Assembly (NCBI GenBank): GCA_044892505.1
Contig: CM097882.1
Location: 397,234,001 to 397,298,000 of the forward strand
Reading direction: 5' to 3'
From: Schmidtea nova
Lineage: Eukaryota
Length of the DNA: 64,000 nucleotides
Shown: in pieces, positions 40,901-52,588 of the stretch
How the letters are laid out: every line of letters starts with the position of its first letter
Numbering within the stretch: position 1 is the stretch's first letter
Position numbers and translations under genes: made by a program
Notes under the pieces: generated by a model
Database searches by the model: none
Told to the model about the DNA's origin: nothing
Seen by the model: only the letters and a program-made list of their open reading frames with translations

Positions 40901-43900
40901 ACAGTGAGACCGGTTTCTAATGGTTTGTATTCTTTTTCGTTCTCATAAAGTACAAGCACACTGAAAATTATATTTTCCATAATTTTCGATATTCAATATC
41001 TTGAGAAAAATCTTACTTGAATGTTTGGATATTGACTATATTTTCAAATTTGATCTTCGTAACGATGACTGGTTTGTAGAATTTTATTTCAAATTTCGGT
41101 TCTGTTTTAATTACAGTTGCATTCCAGGTGTCAGTTATGAGACTTGTTTCAGATGTTCCTTTTTCTGGTACAACAATTTCTTTCACATACTCTTTTGTTG
41201 AAATCAAAACAGGCTTTTCTTTGCAACCTGAAATGAGTGAAGGTTGTGAATTATATTTGCTCAATCGTGAATGTGTAAACAATTACCTTAAGGTTAATTT
41301 TTTAATTTAATTTAATTTAATTTAACTTATAATTTTTGTATGATTATATTTAATTACCATGAACACTTTCATTTGACCTACAGAAAATATAATTTTTGTT
41401 CAAAATTGTCAATATTATTTAAGACAAAATGAAAGGAATTTGGAAATCCTATAAAAATAATTTTTAATTTTTGAGTTTTTTATATGTGGAAAATCCAAAT
41501 GTTATAAATTCTCTTAATTCCGACATGAATTGTGCTCGATAAAAGATTAATTGTAAAACCGTGAGTCACCGAATTGAGATTTATCAGAAAACATTTGAAA
41601 TGTAAGCTGATCAGATTATAAAATCAATTATCGAACCATCCTTTCTATATTTAACTGTCTTTGTTTAAAGTTCATCATGAAGCGTCAAATTATCTTCAAA
41701 AGTAGTCTAATGATAGTTTAGTTGATAATAATCAGAAAATGGCATCTCGATTGAAGAAATTGGTTAAAATATATCTACTGAAAATGGATATGATTGATAA
41801 TTTGAAAAAGAAATTCGAAAATAAATTATATGTGGTTATTGGTATTTAACTAGATTACAGGAATAAAATACTGGATCTTTCTAAAAATAAGAAGCATCAC
41901 CCAGTTTAAGTATTCAAAATGAAAATATACTCTAGAAGGTAATATTTTGTCCCAGTGTTTTGAAATTTTGTATGAAATAATTTTCGTTGAAAACAAGCTT
42001 ACATTATTTTTCACTTGACAAAAAGTTTTTACTAATGACAAATAATTATAATTGATACAAACATTTTAAAAGAAAGTTAATAGAGCAATACAAAAAAATC
42101 TAAATTTGTTGTTTTTGGAAAAAATTAAATTTTACCTGGTATTCCGGGGGTCGTAGTTCCAGATGTTGTAGATATAGTTGATGTACTTCCAGTGGTAGTT
42201 GTTACAGTAGGAGTTTGTGTTGTAGTAGATCCTGTCGTTGATCCAGTCGATGTACTTCCAGAGGTAGTTGTTTCTGACGTTGTACTTGAACCAGTAGTTG
42301 TTACAGTAGGAGTTTCAGTTGATGTGGTAGATCCTGTAGTTGTTGCAGTAGGTGTTAAAGTTGAAGTTCCTGTGGTAGTGGATCCAGTTGTTGTAGTTCC
42401 AGTTGTTGTAGTTCCAGTTGTTGTAGTTCCAGTTGTTGTTGTTCCAGTTGTCGTTGATTCAGTCGGAAGTGTAGTAATTACAGTTGTTGTTTCTTTTTCT
42501 CCGCAACCTTCGATTGTTACTTTCAATGTCACTTTCTCTTTGGGCGATGACAAAGTAATTGTAATTTTTATAGCTACTACTTTCTCGACAACCCTCTCAA
42601 TTTCCTCGTATTCCTTTATGTATGTGACAGTGAGACCGGTTTCTAATGGTTTGTATTCTTTTTCGTTCTCATAAAGTACAAGCACACTGAAAATTATATT
42701 TTCCATAATTTTCGATATTCAATATCTTGAGAAAAATCTTACTTGAATGTTTGGATATTGACTATATTTTCAAATTTGATCTTCGTAACGATGACTGGTT
42801 TGTAGAATTTTATTTCAAATTTCGGTTCTGTTTTAATTACAGTTGCATTCCAGGTGTCAGTTATGAGACTTGTTTCAGATGTTCCTTTTTCTGGTACAAC
42901 AATTTCTTTCACATACTCTTTTGTTGAAATCAAAACAGGCTTTTCTTTGCAACCTGAAATGAGTGAAGGTTGTGAATTATATTTGCTCAATCGTGAATGT
43001 GTAAACAATTACCTTAAGGTTAATTTTTTAATTTAATTTAATTTAATTTAACTTATAATTTTTGTATGATTATATTTAATTACCATGAACACTTTCATTT
43101 GACCTACAGAAAATATAATTTTTGTTCAAAATTGTCAATATTATTTAAGACAAAATGAAAGGAATTTGGAAATCCTATAAAAATAATTTTTAATTTTTGA
43201 GTTTTTTATATGTGGAAAATCCAAATGTTATAAATTCTCTTAATTCCGACATGAATTGTGCTCGATAAAAGATTAATTGTAAAACCGTGAGTCACCGAAT
43301 TGAGATTTATCAGAAAACATTTGAAATGTAAGCTGATCAGATTATAAAATCAATTATCGAACCATCCTTTCTATATTTAACTGTCTTTGTTTAAAGTTCA
43401 TCATGAAGCGTCAAATTATCTTCAAAAGTAGTCTAATGATAGTTTAGTTGATAATAATCAGAAAATGGCATCTCGATTGAAGAAATTGGTTAAAATATAT
43501 CTACTGAAAATGGATATGATTGATAATTTGAAAAAGAAATTCGAAAATAAATTATATGTGGTTATTGGTATTTAACTAGATTACAGGAATAAAATACTGG
43601 ATCTTTCTAAAAATAAGAAGCATCACCCAGTTTAAGTATTCAAAATGAAAATATACTCTAGAAGGTAATATTTTGTCCCAGTGTTTTGAAATTTTGTATG
43701 AAATAATTTTCGTTGAAAACAAGCTTACATTATTTTTCACTTGACAAAAAGTTTTTACTAATGACAAATAATTATAATTGATACAAACATTTTAAAAGAA
43801 AGTTAATAGAGCAATACAAAAAAATCTAAATTTGTTGTTTTTGGAAAAAATTAAATTTTACCTGGTATTCCGGGGGTCGTAGTTCCAGATGTTGTAGATA

Positions 43901-46900
43901 TAGTTGATGTACTTCCAGTGGTAGTTGTTACAGTAGGAGTTTGTGTTGTAGTAGATCCTGTCGTTGATCCAGTCGATGTACTTCCAGAGGTAGTTGTTTC
44001 TGACGTTGTACTTGAACCAGTAGTTGTTACAGTAGGAGTTTCAGTTGATGTGGTAGATCCTGTAGTTGTTGCAGTAGGTGTTAAAGTTGAAGTTCCTGTG
44101 GTAGTGGATCCAGTTGTTGTAGTTCCAGTTGTTGTAGTTCCAGTTGTTGTAGTTCCAGTTGTTGTTGTTCCAGTTGTCGTTGATTCAGTCGGAAGTGTAG
44201 TAATTACAGTTGTTGTTTCTTTTTCTCCGCAACCTTCGATTGTTACTTTCAATGTCACTTTCTCTTTGGGCGATGACAAAGTAATTGTAATTTTTATAGC
44301 TACTACTTTCTCGACAACCCTCTCAATTTCCTCGTATTCCTTTATGTATGTGACAGTGAGACCGGTTTCTAATGGTTTGTATTCTTTTTCGTTCTCATAA
44401 AGTACAAGCACACTGAAAATTATATTTTCCATAATTTTCGATATTCAATATCTTGAGAAAAATCTTACTTGAATGTTTGGATATTGACTATATTTTCAAA
44501 TTTGATCTTCGTAACGATGACTGGTTTGTAGAATTTTATTTCAAATTTCGGTTCTGTTTTAATTACAGTTGCATTCCAGGTGTCAGTTATGAGACTTGTT
44601 TCAGATGTTCCTTTTTCTGGTACAACAATTTCTTTCACATACTCTTTTGTTGAAATCAAAACAGGCTTTTCTTTGCAACCTGAAATGAGTGAAGGTTGTG
44701 AATTATATTTGCTCAATCGTGAATGTGTAAACAATTACCTTAAGGTTAATTTTTTAATTTAATTTAATTTAATTTAACTTATAATTTTTGTATGATTATA
44801 TTTAATTACCATGAACACTTTCATTTGACCTACAGAAAATATAATTTTTGTTCAAAATTGTCAATATTATTTAAGACAAAATGAAAGGAATTTGGAAATC
44901 CTATAAAAATAATTTTTAATTTTTGAGTTTTTTATATGTGGAAAATCCAAATGTTATAAATTCTCTTAATTCCGACATGAATTGTGCTCGATAAAAGATT
45001 AATTGTAAAACCGTGAGTCACCGAATTGAGATTTATCAGAAAACATTTGAAATGTAAGCTGATCAGATTATAAAATCAATTATCGAACCATCCTTTCTAT
45101 ATTTAACTGTCTTTGTTTAAAGTTCATCATGAAACGTCAAATTATCTTCAAAAGTAGTCTAATGATAGTTTAGTTGATAATAATCAGAAAATGGCATCTC
45201 GATTGAAGAAATTGGTTAAAATATATCTACTGAAAATGGATATGATTGATAATTTGAAAAAGAAATTCGAAAATAAATTATATGTGGTTATTGGTATTTA
45301 ACTAGATTACAGGAATAAAATACTGGATCTTTCTAAAAATAAGAAGCATCATCCAGTTTAAGTATTCAAAATGAAAATATACTCTAGAAGGTAATATTTT
45401 GTCCCAGTGTTTTGAAATTTTGTATGAAATAATTTTCGTTGAAAACAAGCTTACATTATTTTTCACTTGACAAAAAGTTTTTACTAATGACAAATAATTA
45501 TAATTGATACAAACATTTTAAAAGAAAGTTAATAGAGCAATACAAAAAAATCTAAATTTGTTGTTTTTGGAAAAAATTAAATTTTACCTGGTATTCTGGG
45601 GGTCGTAGTTCCAGATGTTGTAGATATAGTTGATGTACTTCCAGTGGTAGTTGTTACAGTAGGAGTTTGTGTTGTAGTAGATCCTGTCGTTGATCCAGTC
45701 GATGTACTTCCAGAGGTAGTTGTTTCTGACGTTGTACTTGAACCAGTAGTTGTTACAGTAGGAGTTTCAGTTGATGTGGTAGATCCTGTAGTTGTTGCAG
45801 TAGGTGTTAAAGTTGAAGTTCCTGTGGTAGTGGATCCAGTTGTTGTAGTTCCAGTTGTTGTAGTTCCAGTTGTTGTAGTTCCAGTTGTTGTTGTTCCAGT
45901 TGTCGTTGATTCAGTCGGAAGTGTAGTAATTACAGTTGTTGTTTCTTTTTCTCCGCAACCTTCGATTGTTACTTTCAATGTCACTTTCTCTTTGGGCGAT
46001 GACAAAGTAATTGTAATTTTTATAGCTACTACTTTCTCGACAACCCTCTCAATTTCCTCGTATTCCTTTATGTATGTGACAGTGAGACCGGTTTCTAATG
46101 GTTTGTATTCTTTTTCGTTCTCATAAAGTACAAGCACACTGAAAATTATATTTTCCATAATTTTCGATAATCAATATCTTGAGAAAAATTTTACTTGAAT
46201 GTTTGGATATTGACTATATTTTCAAATTTGATCTTCGTAACGATGACTGGTTTGTAGAATTTTATTTCAAATTTCGGTTCTGTTTTAATTACAGTTGCAT
46301 TCCAGGTGTCAGTTATGAGACTTGTTTCAGATGTTCCTTTTTCTGGTACAACAATTTCTTTCACATACTCTTTTGTTGAAATCAAAACAGGCTTTTCTTT
46401 GCAACCTGAAATGAGTGAAGGTTGTGAATTATATTTGCTCAATCGTGAATGTGTAAACAATTACCTTAAGGTTAATTTTTTAATTTAATTTAATTTAACT
46501 TATAATTTTTGTATGATTATATTTAATTACCATGAACACTTTCATTTGACCTACAGAAAATATAATTTTTGTTCAAAATTGTCAATATTATTTAAGACAA
46601 AATGAAAGGAATTTGGAAATCCTATAAAAATAATTTTTAATTTTTGAGTTTTTTTATATGTGGAAAATCCAAATGTTATAAATTCTGTTAACTCCGACAT
46701 GAATTGTGCTCGATAGAAGATTAATTGTAAAACCGTGAGTCACCGAATTGAGATTTATCAGAAAACATTTGAAATGTAAGCTGATCAGATTATAAAATCA
46801 ATTATCGAACCATCCTTTCTATATTTAACTGTCTTTGTTTAAAGTTCATCATGAAGCGTCAAATTATCTTCAAAAGTAGTCTAATGATAGTTTAGTTGAT

Positions 46901-49900
46901 AATAATCAGAAAATGGCATCTCGATTGAAGAAATTGGTTAAAATATATCTACTGAAAATGGATATGATTGATAATTTGAAAAAGAAATTCGAAAATAAGT
47001 TATATGTGGTTATTGGTATTTAACTAGATTACGGGAATAAAATACTGGATCTTTCTAAAAATAAGAAGCATCATCCAGTTTAAGTATTCAAAATGAAAAT
47101 TTTCTCTAGTAGGTGTTATTTTATTCAGTTTTTTGAAGATATCACTGAAAGATTTCCTTCATCATGTATCAAGTATGGATTGGTGCATTATTCTTTAGGA
47201 AACTGAGCCTCTTAATCTCTAGAAGAAAATGAGTAAGCTCATTTTCCAGAATGGCACCGTATCCTCCTTACGTCATGTGATTGCTGTACTTCACTAGAGG
47301 ATAAGTTCCACGAGCTGAGAAAAGACTCCAAAACATAATGGAATGTTATCTATATTTCACAGTTTGCTGAATGCAGTCAGAGTGAAATCATTCTTCTACA
47401 CGACGCCAGCAGCATATCTGTCCTTCAAATTTTAAAAGAGTGATACGTGATTCGTCACTCCAAATGACTAAACGCTTTTATTTTGCTGTCCAACTCTTTC
47501 TCTCCTGACACCACTTCGAGTGACGACGACGAATTGTTTCTGTAATCAAAGGCTTCCTTGCTAAGTATCTACCATAGAAACAATAAAAATGTAATTCTCA
47601 ATGAATTATGGACATGATGTTATACACAGGGACAGTTTTATATATGCTCAAACGTGAATTTGTAAACAATTACCTTAAGATTAATTTTTTACCGACGATG
47701 AGGCACCACAAGTCATTTCAGCTGCCGTTGTGTACGGATGCTCAGATGTTTAGGGTGGCCTGACGTACTTGTTGACATGTGTCTTCTCCTGGCGGTACTT
47801 TCTCAGGAAATACTTACTAGTTCCTTTGTGATTGCTAGTCAACGCAGCAGTTTCACTCTGACTTTTTCCACAAACGTAACAGCCGTAAATAATGCCTTTC
47901 TGAAAAACTGTAATCTCTCTCTGAGTAACCATTTTTAAGAAAATGACAATCCTCCATTATCATGACTCACTGTTGTGAGTCTGATGTGAATAGTCATATC
48001 ATAAGAAAGTAACAATCCTTCATTAACATGACTCACTGTTATCGCTTTTGTGTGTCTGGTGTGAGTAGTCATATTCTGTGTGTGTCTGTGTGTGAGTTCC
48101 TGTGTGCGTACATGTACGCATGCAGCATGTTGAAGGTGTTGGTGACCATTGTTCCCTTTGCTGTTCACATTGCACTGCAGACGTTCATTATAAACTTCAA
48201 TATGTAAATAATATCCTGACTGGAGACTTTTGGTAGGCTAGGGTACCTATGGTAATTAACTAATTTGCATAAATAAAATACTCGATTTTATAAAATGTAA
48301 AAATGCTTTTATTTAATTAGAACGTTTATAAAACAATAAGGAAACATTTAAAATTTGTTGATATTTAAAATAAATAAATTTTACCTGTTATTATGCTGGT
48401 CGTACTTCCCGGTGTTGTAGATGTTAGTGACAGTGAACTAGATCCTGTTTGTGTTGCTGTCGGCGTTTGAGTAGAAATTGTGGTTGATCTCATTGTCGAT
48501 TCTGCCGTTGATTGCTTTTCTACGCATCCCATTATTATCAATTTTAATTTTAGTTCTTCGGATTTGTTAATTTTTGTCATCATTATTGATAGTTTGGACA
48601 CCTTGATATTAATATTGTCAATTTTGATTTGTTCACTTTCGTTTTTATTTTCTTCGTTCGCTTTCAGTATTTTTGATTGTCCAGAATTTCCCTCTGCTAT
48701 AATTATCCTATTTTCATAAATGAAATTTGATAAAATTAATGGAATTTCATATAGTAATCATACGTGTATCTCCCGATGTTTGAATGATGATCAAATATTA
48801 TATCTGTTATAACTATTGGTTGGTAAAAATTTATAATTATATTTGGTGTTATGTCTTTAACATTTGCTGTCCAAAATTCTGTCAAAATCTTTTCTTTATT
48901 TTCAAAATTGCTGCTTGGGATTATTTCGCTTATGAATTCTTTCGTTGAAACTAAGGTTAAATTTTCTTTGCAAACTGAATTATTAGATATTGGTTAAATG
49001 ATAATTATCCATTATATATGTAACTTGATGGTGGCGTTGACGTTGTCGGAGGGGGAGTTTTCGATGTGGTTGGTGTCGTTGAGACTGTCAAAAATAAAAA
49101 TAATATATAATAATTAAATAATATTTTATTTAAGAGATTTGCTATTTTAGTTTTTAGTTATAATTGACTGTTAGTTCATTGGTCTAGTTTTATTATTAGA
49201 AAATCCTTAGTACAGTTTTAGAAATTTTTAATTATTTTTAATTAATAATTTTTACATCCTATAAACTGTTTTATTTTGTTGAGGATACCTAAATTAGAAA
49301 TAATATAATAAATAAACAAAATTACTTGGGGGAAAATCGTCATGGGGAATGACCCGATTGATAGGAGCTTGGGAAAGAAAAGGGGAATAAAAAGGAATGA
49401 GAAATGAGGAAGGAAAACAAAAGAAAAGAAATCAGACAAGGAAAATGAAATAGAGGTCAGCAATAATTAATTAGTGCAAACAGGAAGAAATTCTAAAGTT
49501 GGGAAAAACAAAAAACAACAACAAGAATTTTATCTTGACAACCGGTCAGAGATAACGTGGGCAAAAAAATCAAACAAGTCGGAGCGGCAAAAGAGAAACA
49601 GAGGTTATCTTGACGGCTGTCAGAGATAACTCCGTTGCTGGAAAAATGAATGGGAAATTGTTGGAAAAAATGGAATTACAAGTGGTAATATTAAGTGCCA
49701 CAAAGTGAAGAGATATAAAAGGAGAAACACAGCAGAAGCGATCAGAATTTTAGAAAGAAGTTTCAGAGAAATTTAGAGAGAAGTTTTGACAGAATTAAAG
49801 AAAGAAGTTTAGAGAGCAGAATATAATCAGAAGTTTGGGAGAAGATTTAAGAAAATACCGAGAAAATTATTGGAGAGATTGAAAGATTGTGTGAAGCCAG

Positions 49901-52526
49901 AGGAAACTGAAAGAGAAGAAAATAAAGAACGTGAAAGAAATTGAGTGAAACCCGTTGTCATCGATTAATAATAGAGTAAAACTCAACCAGTAAACCCAAG
50001 TCAAACCCAGAAGACAACCAGCCAGAATACCAATTGTTATACCCCTCAGTGGTGAGTGATCGTTCGAGCCAAGATAATACAAAGTGCTATTCTTCACCAT
50101 CGGGTCGTAATAAGCACCATGTAATCAGTTGTTGGTCTGTTGATTTTGGTCAATTCCGTGTTAAAGAAGATATTTATGATATTCAATAAAATTTTCCAGT
50201 GTTAATTGTTATTGTGGTCAATTAAAAGACACGCTTGGAGTCAGATATTTGATTGGTAACTTTTACCATTTCACCAACAACCCCAGAACCCAAAGATTTC
50301 ATGTAATTATATATTATTCAAAATTTGAAGTTCAGTTGAGAAAAATTTTGACAAATTAAAAGAAATTCATCAAATCTCGCTATCTAAATAATAATAGAAA
50401 ATTCAGATGGGAAGTAAGATATATGGTGAAAGGATGTCAGTCACGCTATAAAGGAAATGTTCATATATTTCTGTCTATTTTCTTAAATACGTATCAGAAC
50501 GAATTTGGATGTTCCTGATAAAGACCCGTTAAGGGCGATCGCCAGCATAACTTACACTGATGGCCGGCTCGGCTTGGCTTGTTATAATAGTAACCTCGAG
50601 CTAGTGTAATACAGTTCTTTCATTCTAATTTTATCATAAAATTTCTCAATCAGTTTCAGTATTAGTCAATTTGACTGGATGGATCTATGCATTTGTTTTG
50701 GAGCCTAACATATGTTAAGGAGTGTCATTAATTTGAATAAAATTAAAATTAAATTTGTTAATAAGATATATTTTGATTTAAATTTATAAAGTTCAATAAA
50801 AATATTTTAAACTCATTTAAATATTTATTAATATTTTATAAAAATTAAGACACATAGTAATTGTTAAATATAATCAAATTATATAATTAACGTTGCACAT
50901 ATGTCCGTAACTTTATATTATATTATTTTAATTCATTTTAAATATTATATTTTTAAATAATTAATTACAGTAATTAAATAATATAAAAAATTTTTATTTT
51001 TTATTATTATAATTTAACAGAAATCTTTTTATTGTTTATCGGTATCGGAGTATTTTTAAAATATAATAATATAATTCCAGATCAATGAGAGAATTAATCT
51101 AAATTATGCCAGTATATCACATGATTTTTCACGATTTACAGCTAGTACATAAATAATCTTTGTTTTATAGAATTAAAGTATCTTTTAATTATTATAAATT
51201 TTATTTCATTTAATGAATAATAAAATTTAATTTACTTAAAATATTTAAATTGTTTCAAAAGCATTTTAAAAACAAATATAAAATACTTAATTTTTAAAAT
51301 TTAATCAATTTTGACAATTTCATTAATTTATTAAGTGATTAATAGACATATAAATAAATATATTTACTTGTTATTAATTATATTTAAAATTCTTTTTAAA
51401 AATAATATATAATTATATCATGTCATACTTGTTGAAGTCGTTGCCGTTTCATTTTTCGTCGTAGTCGGAGTTATTGTTGCCGTAGTAGGTTTTTTCTCAC
51501 CGCAACCTTCAATTTTGGCCTTGATTAGGATGTCCTTATTCTGATCGGATCTTTCGAATATAAATTGGATCGATGTGATTTCAATATCAATGTTGGGAAT
51601 TTTTGTATTTCCATCAATATTTACGTAATTGTCTATGAACTTATTCCACTGATTGCTTGTACGTATCACGGAAATTCTGTAGAAAATTATTAATTTTTAT
51701 TTTTATTTTGAAAAAAAGTAGTACTGATAGCGGTTGACATTGACAAAAAAGAACGATATTGTTTTTATGTACATTTTACTATTGAATTCTATTTTCAATT
51801 GTGGTTTCAAATCTCTGATAAATGGTTCCCATCCGATTTCTGTCATAATTTCATCAGCACCTCCATTGGTACCCTTGATTGATGATGCTGAGATTGATTT
51901 CACATATTCCCATTTCGAAATGACGACAGGTTCCTCACAAACTAAAGACGGTATCGATAAGACTCGTGAAGGTTAATATAATAAAGTATTACATTTAGCT
52001 GTTGTTGATTTGGCTGTGGAGAAAGTGGCTGAAAGATGAAATACATAACAAAATTATTTCATTTTTATTATTTATCCATGCTAGTGGATAAAGAAATATT
52101 TTCCAGGAAATAATTTTATAGATAAAAGTTATTCATAGTTTTAGAAAATTATAATTTGATATTATTTCATTTGTATTTCAAAAAATATATAAATAACAAA
52201 TAATTTCTTTAATAATTTTGTATAATTTACAAATAAATTTTTCAAAATTAAAATAAGGGGTTTTCAAAATTTTGTGATATTGGACTCCTTCAAGAAATTC
52301 TCAACTTTGCATTGACCCCTTATATTACATTATGCATTGAAATGTGTCGACCAAACAAATGAACCGTCCTCTGATGAAGAGTCCAGGTTTCAAAAGATTT
52401 CATCCGTTTAGTTTGTTTTGCGAGGATATTATAAAATTAGGACCCTGATTTATCAACCTTGAAATTGTAAATATTACTTTGCATAATAAAAATTGTAATG
52501 AAACTAATTAATCGTATTGATAAATT

Positions 52527-52588
<62 letters not shown>

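Larger units (their letters stand above)
32610..47140. repeat. Tandem array 2: 8 complete exon-intron cassettes, period 1726 bp (one interval of 1642 bp), plus partial flanking copies
   Basis: ORF ends at 33579, 35221, 36947, 38673, 40399, 42125, 43851, 45577. Introns are near-identical between units. Confidence 0.97.

Noticed and set aside
33303-45493. 63-aa intronic ORF MSLVKTFCQV... repeated in array 2
   Set aside because: Barely above threshold, not maintained as an ORF in the array 1 homologous intron, and no recognisable motif. A test as a Tc1 C-terminal remnant gave the wrong spacing.
33646-46126. Plus-strand Val-rich ORFs (MVVVTVG..., MVDSVG...) and MNKILLEC/MRKILLEC ORFs
   Set aside because: Antisense shadows of Thr-rich codons and of exon A; they recur only because the unit recurs.
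463-46158. Reading the 17 MENI(F/I)FSV... ORFs as 17 separate small mucin genes
   Set aside because: The ATG lies inside the 56-nt intron. Splicing AA|T joins the upstream exon in frame, there is no signal peptide, and the stop lies just past a GTAAAA donor.
52360-52410. CTGATGAAGAG as a hammerhead ribozyme core
   Set aside because: No GAAA after a closing stem II and no clear stems I/III.
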